64,000 bases of DNA, taken from the IMG/VR virus record IMGVR_UViG_3300046507_000662. One strand, 5' to 3'. The position numbers and the translations under genes are program-made. The notes under the pieces were generated by a model, which saw nothing but the letters and a program-made list of their open reading frames with translations, ran no database searches and was not told the DNA's origin. Positions within the stretch are counted from its first letter, which is position 1. Every line of letters starts with the position of its first letter. This stretch comes from an uncultured virus (IMG/VR IMGVR_UViG_3300046507_000662). Lineage: Duplodnaviria; Heunggongvirae; Uroviricota; Caudoviricetes. Positions 55,933-64,000 of this stretch are shown here, one piece after another.

Positions 55933-57453
55933 TCAGAAGGCGGGGGTGAGTCGGCGGTCGGCGGCGAGGGCCTGGTCGACGAGCCAGTTGGTGTACAGGC
56001 GGCGGGCGTCCCGCTCGGTCATGCCGTTGGCGAGGGCACTGGTGATCAGCGACAGGTCGGCGGATGCTTCGGCGCGGACCGCCTTGATCAGTTCGCGGTC
56101 CAGGTCCTCGAGTTCGGTGCGGGTGTCCTCAGTGATGTCCCAGCACTCCCCGGCGGGGACCGGGCCCGCGGCGATCTCCTGGTTGCGGCGGAACGCTTCC
56201 CGGACGAGATCCTGCACGCTCACGCTGGCCGGGCGCCGGTCGCCGCCGTGGACTTCGTCGTAGCCGGTGTGCCGGGCCTGCTCCTGCACGCGGGACTCCT
56301 GCCACGCCAGTACGGCGGTCTTGCGGCGCTCGGGGGTGGTGTACAGCAGGTGGAGGTTGCCGAGTCGGTCGGCGAGCAGCCCGGACGGGCGGCGCACCTG
56401 GGCGGCGAGGATCGGGCGTTCCTGCTCTGCGATGGCCTGGACCTCGAGGGCCGTCCACCCGGCATCAGCGGCGTGGCGGATGATCCAGGCGATCCGGGGG
56501 ATGGATGCGTCCTTGAGCCACGGCACGAGCTGGATGAGTTCGCGGGCGAGCTGGTAGCGGCGGCCGGTCTTGTTCAGCTTCTTCGGCCCGCGGTTGGACT
56601 TCTTCTGGGTGGGGGACTTCGCTTCCCCGCTTGCGAGCTTGCTCTCAGGGGGGGAGTAAGTGTTAGCCGCAGAAGAAGACGCTGAGGTACCACCCTCCAT
56701 TGGGGTGCAACGCGCCCGACCCGAAACAGGGGTCCGACGGGGGCGGCGGCGGGTCTTCCGGGCGGCCTTCTTCGCGAGCTTCCCGAGCAGGCTCCGGTGC
56801 TCCGGGGCGGCCCCGACCGGGCGCCGTTGCACCCCTGCACCGACGGTGCGGATCCCGAGCGCCTCATCGAACTCGAGGGGGATGACCCGCTCGAACACGG
56901 ACGCCTGGTTCGGCTGCGAGGAGAGCCGGGTGCCCTTCACCCGGTACACGAGCAGCCCGGCCTCGCGGAGCATCGACAGGTGGTACTGGATGGTGCGCTC
57001 CGACGCCTTCAGCTTCCGCATCAGGTAGTCGATCCCGGGCCGGCACTCCTTCAGCGCGGCGATCTCCTGCGCGATGGCGAGGGTCGTTGCACCCCACCGC
57101 GGGCCGTGGCTGCGGGAGGGCGTGTAGAGGCCGCTCCCGGCGACCCAGTGGACGGCTTGCATCCAGGAGTGGGCGCATGTGGCGATGCGGCCGGTCGTGG
57201 CGTGCAGCCACTGGCTAGCTGCGGTCACCAGCAGGCGCGCGCCACGACCGGTCTGACCTGCACTGTAGTCGTACGCGCGTTCGATTTCGACAGTAGGGGC
57301 GTGCGTGTCCGGGGTGGATTCGGTGCACGGGGTGCCACCCGACCGGGGGGAGATTCCTCGCGAATCGCCCACGGTGGAGTTGCCAAGCTGACAAGAAGGG
57401 GTGCGGTGCTGCACTATGTACCTGCCTTCGTTGATGGCCTTGCGGGAACGCAA
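55933..57453 (-). CDS. Putative plasmid replication protein (wHTH Rep); true start probably downstream of 57453
   Basis: CRPGIDYLMRKLKASERTIQYHLSMLREAGLL winged helix; near par and DciA-like genes. Confidence 0.6.
   Translation of the reverse strand: MRSRKAINEGRYIVQHRTPSCQLGNSTVGDSRGISPRSGGTPCTESTPDTHAPTVEIERAYDYSAGQTGRGARLLVTAASQWLHATTGRIATCAHSWMQAVHWVAGSGLYTPSRSHGPRWGATTLAIAQEIAALKECRPGIDYLMRKLKASERTIQYHLSMLREAGLLVYRVKGTRLSSQPNQASVFERVIPLEFDEALGIRTVGAGVQRRPVGAAPEHRSLLGKLAKKAARKTRRRPRRTPVSGRARCTPMEGGTSASSSAANTYSPPESKLASGEAKSPTQKKSNRGPKKLNKTGRRYQLARELIQLVPWLKDASIPRIAWIIRHAADAGWTALEVQAIAEQERPILAAQVRRPSGLLADRLGNLHLLYTTPERRKTAVLAWQESRVQEQARHTGYDEVHGGDRRPASVSVQDLVREAFRRNQEIAAGPVPAGECWDITEDTRTELEDLDRELIKAVRAEASADLSLITSALANGMTERDARRLYTNWLVDQALAADRRLTPAF
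57269..57295 (-). promoter_or_regulatory. LexA (SOS) box with upstream -10
   Basis: Minus strand TACTGT-N5-TCGAAC-GCGC-GTACGA. Confidence 0.6.
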
Positions 57454-57643
57454 AAGCCCTCGGTGGCGGTGAAGTGGTTCGTGGAGAACCTGTTAGTCCG
57501 CTCGCTCGGGTTGGCGCCCGGCGGGCCTTAGATCGGCATTGGCGTGCTGATCCGTGGTACGAGGGCCGCAGAGGCCCGGAGGTGTTTGGCGCACCAGTCC
57601 GGGACGCGGCCAGGCGGTCGAGGAATCTCCCGCCCAGAAAGCG

Positions 57644-58318
57644 CTACGTCATCTGGTCTCTCTTTCGTGGTTGTCGAGCACCGTCCCCGAGGCGCGGGGT
57701 ACGGGAGTCATCGGCGGCCAGCCACCGCTCCTGGTAGGCCAGGGCGAGCGGCAGGCAGCTGTGCCGCGTGTGGAACACGGCGGTGTTGGACCCGAGGTCG
57801 GGACGAATCAGGTTGTCTCCCGGGAACAACATGCTGTGCTCCCGGGGCGTTACGGCCTGGCCGCAGCCGTGGCAGGCGCCGTGGACCAGCCGCATCTCGA
57901 AGTCAATCCGCTTACCCTCGATGGCCATCACGCGGTCCATGAACACTTCGCGGCAGGGCGGCAGGTCGCCGCAGTGGCTGCACACCGCGTAGTGCTTGGG
58001 GAGAACCAGGTACTTCCAGGACGCCGGGGCGGTCCCCACCTTCAGCGGGTCCTTGGTGCGGTCGGTCCGGTTATGGATGTACAGCGGGCGACCGTTCCAC
58101 GTCTCATGGTCAGGCTCACCGGCTGCCTGCCAGGCCTGGACGAAGCTGGTCTTCCAGTTGGCGAGGTTGATTTCCTCGGTGCGGACGATGAGCAGCGGCT
58201 TGTAGTTCCACGCCACCACGGTGCCGGGGACAATCTCGGCGGCCGTGACGACGGTGGTGTCCTGCTCGTCGGGGGACCACTCGTCATACGGACGGGCGGC
58301 ATAGCCCCGGGGGCTCAT
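57644..58318 (-). CDS. Zn-binding hypothetical protein
   Basis: CSHC...CHGC motifs. Confidence 0.65.
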   Translation of the reverse strand: MSPRGYAARPYDEWSPDEQDTTVVTAAEIVPGTVVAWNYKPLLIVRTEEINLANWKTSFVQAWQAAGEPDHETWNGRPLYIHNRTDRTKDPLKVGTAPASWKYLVLPKHYAVCSHCGDLPPCREVFMDRVMAIEGKRIDFEMRLVHGACHGCGQAVTPREHSMLFPGDNLIRPDLGSNTAVFHTRHSCLPLALAYQERWLAADDSRTPRLGDGARQPRKRDQMT

Positions 58319-58644
58319 CGTGTGCTGTGGGTTGAAGTGACAGGACCCGTCTGCATCGCCGGTGTGATCTTCACGGCGGTGTCCGGGGTTCGACTGTCTG
58401 ATTGCCCGGGTGTCCGGGTACGCTCTGCCATGTCGGCACCTCTACTTCGCAAGGGTCGTGGTGTCGGCCCGGCCCCGCACCTGGTGTTCGCTGCACCGGG
58501 ATACTGCGGGGCCGTTCCTATTGTCTTGTGAGCCCCAGCCTGACCTGAATGGTCGTCTGGTGCTAGGCGCAGCCTATCCGTTGACCCTGCCACTTGTCCC
58601 ACCCTCTTCCCCCGTGTCTCTAGTCCGACTTGTCACACCGGAGT

Positions 58645-59085
58645 TCAGTGCTCACGGCCGTCCTCGCCGTCCGCGGGATGCCACTCCGGGGCCCGCTCCG
58701 CCGCCACCCGCGACTGGCCCGCCATCCCGCCCATCGCCAGGAACCCCGCCTCCGTCAACTGCCCCTGGAGACGCGCCAGCTTGTCCCGGTTGAACCGCGG
58801 CGCGTTCATCAACTGGCCCGCCCGCACCCCCACCACGAGCGCCCGATCCCAAATCTCCTGCACCACCGCCGGATCCACCCCCGGGAACAAGTCCGCCGGA
58901 AGCTTCCGCGGCGTGCCCACCGTGTCCAACTGCGCGGCCGCGATCAGCCCCGCGATATGCGCGCCCGTCGACACCGCCCGCCCGGCGAGCACGAAGTCCA
59001 CCGCCGACCCGGCCGGCGGCTCGGCGGCCGAGGCGCTCGAGCTGGTGGAGGCGACGGAAGACGACGGGGTGGGGATCTGGCTCAT
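58645..59085 (-). CDS. Hypothetical protein
   Basis: ATGA coupling. Confidence 0.65.
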   Translation of the reverse strand: MSQIPTPSSSVASTSSSASAAEPPAGSAVDFVLAGRAVSTGAHIAGLIAAAQLDTVGTPRKLPADLFPGVDPAVVQEIWDRALVVGVRAGQLMNAPRFNRDKLARLQGQLTEAGFLAMGGMAGQSRVAAERAPEWHPADGEDGREH

Positions 59086-59963
59086 GCTGCGGCCTCCAGG
59101 CGTGCGGTACGGATGGTGGTGGGGAAGGGAAGCGGCTCAGCGACGTACGGAGCGACGAGGCGGAGTCTCGGACGCGGGGAGCGGCGCGCCGAGGCCGCGG
59201 CGGACGGGGTGTGGCGCGGCCTCGGCCCGCGACGCGGGGCCGGCTGGCCCGGCCACAGGTTGAGCACCAGCTGCTGCGGGGCGCCCGCGGCAATCCGGCG
59301 CTGCCGGGCCCCGTCCGTCGTCGGCGCCGCCGCCACCGGCCACTGGCCATCCGGAACAATCCGGCACCGGCGCGGCAGCAGATCATGCGCGGCCGCCACC
59401 TGCAGCAGCTGCTCCCGGGTCGCAGTCTCCTTGTTCAACCCCAGCAGCGTGCACAACACCGACCGGTTCCAGTTCGCCGTCCGGACATCCATGCCCGCCC
59501 GGTACGCCACCAGCTCCTCATCCGTCTCCCGCGCCAACGCCGCCAACACCGCCTGCTTCTGTACGGTGCGCGCCTCCGCCAAATCCTTCCGGGCAGGCAG
59601 CGGAGCGTTCGTACGGCGGGCAATCAGTGTTCGATGACGGTCCAGAGCCAACTCCCCGCCCCAGATCCCATCCGGCTCCGTCAGCTTCCCGTCCGCAGTT
59701 TCCGCGTTCGCGTACACCCGGCAGGCGTCCACGATCGGACACCGGGCGCACACCGCCTTCGCAGCCCGCTCCCGCGCCAGACGGTCCTTCTGCGGCTCCC
59801 CGCCATCCTCAGACGACGACGACCACGCATCCAGCGACAGCCCCTCATCCCCCAGCGCCCGCCCGGCCAGGTCCGGATCCCAGTGCGGGGCACACCCGCG
59901 GTAGTTGAAGAACCGGTGCTCGTAGAAGGCGGCAGCCGCCTCGATCGGATCCAGCGTGCTCAT
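59082..59963 (-). CDS. Divergent WhiB-like regulator with C-terminal extension
   Basis: YRGC...AKAVCARCPIVDAC...GIWGGE. Confidence 0.75.
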   Translation of the reverse strand: MSTLDPIEAAAAFYEHRFFNYRGCAPHWDPDLAGRALGDEGLSLDAWSSSSEDGGEPQKDRLARERAAKAVCARCPIVDACRVYANAETADGKLTEPDGIWGGELALDRHRTLIARRTNAPLPARKDLAEARTVQKQAVLAALARETDEELVAYRAGMDVRTANWNRSVLCTLLGLNKETATREQLLQVAAAHDLLPRRCRIVPDGQWPVAAAPTTDGARQRRIAAGAPQQLVLNLWPGQPAPRRGPRPRHTPSAAASARRSPRPRLRLVAPYVAEPLPFPTTIRTARLEAAA

Positions 59964-60253
59964 AGAGCAGGCCCCCCTTCCGGGTCGTGATGGGTAGCGA
60001 GAGCGGAGTCCAGGACCAGATCTGCGGCCTCCAGGACCGCCCGGTCCTCAAGCACCGCGTGAAACCGCACCGAGAACGCCTCGATGTCACGGATGTGCGC
60101 GGCGCCCTCGAGACGCCGAACGGCGCGCTCCGCGAGCAGAGCGCGCCGCAACCTGCAGTGCCGGCGCACAGCGAGCGCACCGACCAGGGCCGCCGCGGTG
60201 AGGGCCGCGGCAACGGCTATCGGACGTAGGGGCATAGCGGCCTTCACCTCCAT
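59960..60253 (-). CDS. Small membrane protein
   Basis: Hydrophobic N-terminus; coupled. Confidence 0.55.
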   Translation of the reverse strand: MEVKAAMPLRPIAVAAALTAAALVGALAVRRHCRLRRALLAERAVRRLEGAAHIRDIEAFSVRFHAVLEDRAVLEAADLVLDSALATHHDPEGGPAL

Positions 60254-60297
60254 GGCAGGGGCAGGACGGACAGGGACGGGCGGGGCGGGGTTGGGCC

Positions 60298-60573
60298 TCA
60301 GAGCCGGGTGGTCGGCTCGTCATACAGCGAACCGATCCGCTCGAACTCCTCGCGCACGATGCGCTGCGCATGCGCGGCAGCTTGCTGCTCCCGTTCCACG
60401 CGAGCCACGAGCTCGCGGGCCGGCGCGAACACGGAGGGCACACCGGACGGCCGCACGCCACGGGACCGGTTGCGGCGCCCCCACCAGTGCGAGACACCGG
60501 CGTACAGGCACGAGCCACACAAGATGACCGGCGCGGCGAGAGAAGTGATCCAGTCGGACACGGATGCGGGCAT
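60298..60573 (-). CDS. Small membrane protein
   Basis: RBS GGAG; one TM segment. Confidence 0.55.
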   Translation of the reverse strand: MPASVSDWITSLAAPVILCGSCLYAGVSHWWGRRNRSRGVRPSGVPSVFAPARELVARVEREQQAAAHAQRIVREEFERIGSLYDEPTTRL

Positions 60574-60650
60574 GGCAAGACTCCGTTCGGCGATAGCCGG
60601 GTGTGGGTGTGGTGGTAGCCCCGTGGGGTGGGCTGGACGTGCTGGCCGCG

Positions 60651-61148
60651 TTACGCGGCGATGTTCAACCGGATGAACCAGGTGACCGCCAAGTCAGCGG
60701 CCGTGCACGGCTCACACGGGATCTCATGGTGCGCGGTATGCCACTGGTACCCGCTGCGTGTCCCGCACTCGGGACGCTCGTCAGCGGTGGCGTGGACGCG
60801 GCGAGGCGAGTGGTAGCGGTTGCTCTTCGCTGCCTGGCGCGCCACGTCGACCTTCGGTGCAGAACGCCGCGGCTTGGCTACAGCCTTCCGGCGCGACCGG
60901 CGCGGCATCTGGCCGTTCTGAACGATGTACCGCTCCCGGCCATCCAAGCCCCCGCGGATCCCCTCACGGTCCGACGGCCGCAACCTCTTCTCATCCACCA
61001 GAGTGGCGGACAAACATGCCTCCCGGACAGGACAACGGGCACACACGGCCCGCGCCCGATCCGCCTGGCCCACATCCCCCTTGGCCGGGTAGAACAGCGC
61101 CTGGTCCAGGTTCCGGCACGCGGCCCGCTCCTCCCACCCGGCGGACAT
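60651..61148 (-). CDS. whiB: WhiB-family regulator with C-terminal Zn motif
   Basis: WEERAAC...ARAVCARCPVREAC...GIRGGLDGRER; CGT...H...CEPC. Confidence 0.85.
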   Translation of the reverse strand: MSAGWEERAACRNLDQALFYPAKGDVGQADRARAVCARCPVREACLSATLVDEKRLRPSDREGIRGGLDGRERYIVQNGQMPRRSRRKAVAKPRRSAPKVDVARQAAKSNRYHSPRRVHATADERPECGTRSGYQWHTAHHEIPCEPCTAADLAVTWFIRLNIAA

Positions 61149-62350
61149 CAGGCGGCCTGCCCTTCACCGGCGTTGGCCTGGGCAGCCTGCTCCTCGAGCG
61201 CCTTGATGCGCATGGCCAGGACGTCCTTGATCATGAGGTGGTCGTTGTCGAACGGGATGACCGTGGTCAGCAGACCCTTCTGCTTCGCCTCAGCCAGCGC
61301 CATCCTCGTCGGGCCCAGTTCCTTCCACCCGTTCCGCATCCGGCGCACGAAGCCGTCCACGACGTCCTCGCCCTCTGCTGAGGCCAGTTCCGCCGCGCGA
61401 CGTCCCAGGTAGGCGGCCAGCACGTCCGGCTGACCGGAGTCCGGCGCCACAACCCCAGAGTTCCCGAAGTCCTGCGCCTCCGCAGTGGTGCGCAGGCTCT
61501 CCACAGCCTCCCGGGACTCAGCCAGAGCAGCCTGGTTTGCGAAGTCCTGACCGTCCGGGTGCGGCTGGAACGACTCCGGATCAACAAACACGGTCCCCGA
61601 ACCGGTCTCAGCAGCAACCTGCGCGGCCACCGCCGGCGCCTCAGCGGCCTTCCGCTGCTCCCGCTCCGCGGCCTCCGCCTTCAACGACCTGCCACGCGCC
61701 ACGATCAGATCCCCGAGGGCCATCTCCTCGCCGCCCGGGGCGTACACGGTCGCCTGCAGCAGACCGTCCGCCTTCGCCTCCGCGTGCATCGCCAGCAGCG
61801 CCGTCGGGTTGTTCCACACCGCAGGCTTCCGCAGCCGTTCCATGTAGACGTCCGCCGGCGAGCGCTGCCCCTCCGGGTGGTCACGATCCCCGTCATCCAG
61901 CGACTTCGAATCCACCGGGATCATGAACGTGTGGATCAGCGCGTACTTCAACGCCGCCGACATCGCCTTGTTGGACGCCTTGTCCGCGAAGTCCGACCCC
62001 TCGCCCATGGTGACGGCGGTGACCTTGTCGCCGTTCGGGCCGTGGAAGTGGAACGCGATCCGCATCAGCACCGCATTCTGCCTGCCCCGCACCTCCGTCT
62101 TGAAGTCAAGGACCTCCGGGGTCATGACGACACCGTGGTCCCGCAGCGGCTGCGCCAGGGCGCCGATCGCGTCGTCCACGCCCCGGAACCTGTAGTTCTG
62201 CGACTCGTTCGTCCCGTTCTTGCCGATGTTGCGGACGTCCCGCATCACACGGGCCATCAGCTCGTAGACGTTCGGGGCGTCCTGGTTTTGGGTGTGCTGG
62301 GTGGGGCCCTCCGCCGTCGTGCTGGCGGGGGCCTCGGTGGCCGTGGCCAT
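61148..62350 (-). CDS. ERF-family ssDNA-annealing recombinase
   Basis: IGKNGTN..QNYRFRGVDD...DKASNKAMSAALKYAL..TFMIP. Confidence 0.85.
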   Translation of the reverse strand: MATATEAPASTTAEGPTQHTQNQDAPNVYELMARVMRDVRNIGKNGTNESQNYRFRGVDDAIGALAQPLRDHGVVMTPEVLDFKTEVRGRQNAVLMRIAFHFHGPNGDKVTAVTMGEGSDFADKASNKAMSAALKYALIHTFMIPVDSKSLDDGDRDHPEGQRSPADVYMERLRKPAVWNNPTALLAMHAEAKADGLLQATVYAPGGEEMALGDLIVARGRSLKAEAAEREQRKAAEAPAVAAQVAAETGSGTVFVDPESFQPHPDGQDFANQAALAESREAVESLRTTAEAQDFGNSGVVAPDSGQPDVLAAYLGRRAAELASAEGEDVVDGFVRRMRNGWKELGPTRMALAEAKQKGLLTTVIPFDNDHLMIKDVLAMRIKALEEQAAQANAGEGQAA

Positions 62351-62427
62351 GAGGTCTCCTTGTGATGCGTGATGTGGCGGCCGGCCCGGGGAAGTGGTCC
62401 TTTCGGCCCGGGCCGGCCGCGCGGCCG

Positions 62428-62952
62428 CTACTCGGCGGCCGCCTCAGTTCCTTCGGCCGGGGCCGGGTACTTGCGGGCGATCCACTGCACCGCGATCTGC
62501 CGGGCGTTCAGCTTGTAGCCCCGCCCGGTCGGCCAGTCCTTCTCCGCGACCATCCGGTCCGCCGCAGCCTCCACCTCGGCCACCTTCGCCTTCGGAGCCC
62601 GCACATTCAGGACCGACTTCGCCTGACCCGCCCCGTGCGCCGCACGCTGCGGACGCTCCGGCACGAACTCGCCGGACAGGAAGGCCTCCCAGCCCTCCAG
62701 GACATCCGCCGTCAAGTTGGCCGACCCCTCATAGGCGCGCAGGTGCAGCGCCGACTCGATCGGGATCGCCACGTTCGGGTCCCCGCCCTGCGAAGACCTT
62801 GCCTCGGCCTGGCCGGCCGCGTTCAACGCGTACTCGAGAACGGTCTGCACCGCATCCGCCTGCCGCACAGCGCCACGCGAACGCAGCGACTCGATGGCCA
62901 GCTCAACCTGCGGGGCGGCTTCAGTGACGCGGGCGCGCTTGCTCGGGGGCAT
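62428..62952 (-). CDS. Hypothetical protein with RHH-like segments (candidate repressor)
   Basis: NVAIPI...helix and SVLNVRAP...helix-helix patterns. Confidence 0.55.
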   Translation of the reverse strand: MPPSKRARVTEAAPQVELAIESLRSRGAVRQADAVQTVLEYALNAAGQAEARSSQGGDPNVAIPIESALHLRAYEGSANLTADVLEGWEAFLSGEFVPERPQRAAHGAGQAKSVLNVRAPKAKVAEVEAAADRMVAEKDWPTGRGYKLNARQIAVQWIARKYPAPAEGTEAAAE

Positions 62953-63112
62953 GGAAACGGCGTGTCCTTCCGGTCGCCGGCGCCGCTCTGTGCGTCCGGG
63001 CGGGCGCCGCGTGTGGGGTGTGGGCACGCCTAGTCTCCTCCATTTTCTATTGCGCGCACACCGGGGGGTGTGTGCTCCCGGGCCGTTCCCGGTACCCCAG
63101 ATCATACGCACC

Positions 63113-63148
63113 CTTGTATTGCGCGCGCAATAGATAGATGGGTAAGGT
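63113..63148 (+). promoter_or_regulatory. Conserved operator/promoter, variant copy 5
   Basis: CTTGTATTGCGCGCGCAATAGATAGA (perfect 16-bp core palindrome); TTGCGC-N18-TAAGGT; half-site at 63043-63060. Confidence 0.75.
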
Positions 63149-63179
63149 GGAACCACACCAAGCGAGGGGGACCCCACCA

Positions 63180-63614
63180 ATGCGCATCACCAAGAACCAG
63201 ACGGTCCGCAAGACCCTCGCCGACCTGTACCGCGCTATCGATAACGGCCACGTCGTCACCCTCACGTACACCGGACGGGACGGCGTCACCAAGGTCCGGA
63301 GCGTGGAGCCCTTCGAGATCAGCACCACCAGCGAAGGCGAGATCCGCGTGCACGCCATGTGCCGCCTCGCCTACGCCGATGACCCCACCGACGCAGAGCG
63401 CGCCTTCACGATCGCCCGCGTCCTCTCGTACACGGTCCACCGCATGGCCTTCGTCCTCACCCGCCCCGAGCCCACCACCTACGAGCGCCCCGCCCCGGCC
63501 CCCACCGACGACGCGCAGGCCCTGTTCTTCTACGAGCTGGCCCGCGACACGGACGACGCCGACTACCGTCCTCGGGTACGTCTTACCCAGACCGACACCG
63601 ACCTTGCCGCATAG
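63180..63614 (+). CDS. Stand-alone WYL-domain protein
   Basis: LYRAID...VTLTY...RSVEPFEI...AMCRL...ERAFTIARV. Confidence 0.8.
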   Translation: MRITKNQTVRKTLADLYRAIDNGHVVTLTYTGRDGVTKVRSVEPFEISTTSEGEIRVHAMCRLAYADDPTDAERAFTIARVLSYTVHRMAFVLTRPEPTTYERPAPAPTDDAQALFFYELARDTDDADYRPRVRLTQTDTDLAA

Positions 63615-63623
63615 GAGGAAGCC

Positions 63624-63833
63624 ATGCGCGCCGTACAGGAACGCATCCCGTCGTACAGCACCAGCATCCCGGACCGCTTCATCTGGCACCGACCCAACGG
63701 TCGACCGGTGGAAGACTTCCAGGCGATCGCATGCAGCACCGAGGAAGGCATCACCCTGCCGGGGCCGTCGCGCGAGATCCCTGCGTCCGACGCCAACTGG
63801 TGCCAGGACTGCAGGATTCCGAAGGCAACCTGA
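63624..63833 (+). CDS. Small Zn-binding protein
   Basis: RBS AGGAGG; WH...AC...WCQDC. Confidence 0.6.
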   Translation: MRAVQERIPSYSTSIPDRFIWHRPNGRPVEDFQAIACSTEEGITLPGPSREIPASDANWCQDCRIPKAT

Positions 63834-63846
63834 CTACCGATACGAC

Positions 63847-63881
63847 GAAGGCCACCGCCCAAACCGGGCAGGTGGCCTTTT
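63847..63881 (+). terminator. Intrinsic terminator
   Basis: AAGGCCACC...GGTGGCCTTTT. Confidence 0.7.
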
Positions 63882-63905
63882 CACACTGATCGCGCACGCG
63901 CATCG

Positions 63906-63939
63906 TAACCCGGGAACTCCCCATGCAGGTAGATGCGTT
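63906..63939. repeat. 34-bp direct repeat, copy B
   Basis: TAACCCGGGAACTCCCCATGCAGGTAGATGCGTT. Confidence 0.8.
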
Positions 63940-64000
63940 GTGGAACTTTCTGGGGGCGTGCCTGCGGGCCCGGCTGGTGGAGAGCGCGGGCCCGCAGCAG

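Larger units (their letters stand above)
1..64000. mobile_element. Probable conjugative phage-plasmid (actinophage early/late-adjacent genes plus Streptomyces-type tra and par/rep modules)
   Basis: Co-occurrence of HNH, SSB, RusA, ERF, DUF5131, WhiB and MTase with a TraB-like FtsK, ParA and Rep. No housekeeping genes or integrase are visible in the window. Confidence 0.75.

Noticed and set aside
58560..58645. ACTTGTC repeats as replication iterons
   Set aside because: Only two short copies; insufficient support.

Overview
Very GC-rich actinobacterial (most likely Streptomyces-type) mobile element that mixes phage and conjugative-plasmid modules, i.e. a probable phage-plasmid. Left end (minus strand): phage HNH-type gene, probable virion-associated genes and a secreted GH16. 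Next comes a conjugation block (FtsK/SpoIIIE TraB-like ATPase, two helical Tra proteins, a DUF2637/Spd-like membrane protein and an array of tiny genes), then regulators and a phage-type replication protein. A long phage early region follows (HIT, NERD, DNA MTase, SSB, RusA, DUF5131, three WhiB, ERF). The right part is a plasmid maintenance block (ParA, non-canonical partner, palindromic parS candidates, DciA-like, SLOG, HTH Rep) ending in a stand-alone WYL gene. The most striking unexplained region is 30.7-34.1 kb. It holds (i) a TrmB/LuxR-type regulator divergent from a secreted precursor with three DTTWG repeats, a candidate peptide communication system, and (ii) a ~120-nt non-coding unit made of two type I-E-like CRISPR repeats with a 14-nt spacer. 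That unit has its own RecA-NDp/PafBC-like promoter and terminator, and no cas genes occur in the window, so it is a candidate RNA anti-CRISPR or regulatory crRNA mimic. A 26-bp operator/promoter motif recurs five times and defines an element-wide regulon. All family assignments are from motif recognition by eye; no searches were run.
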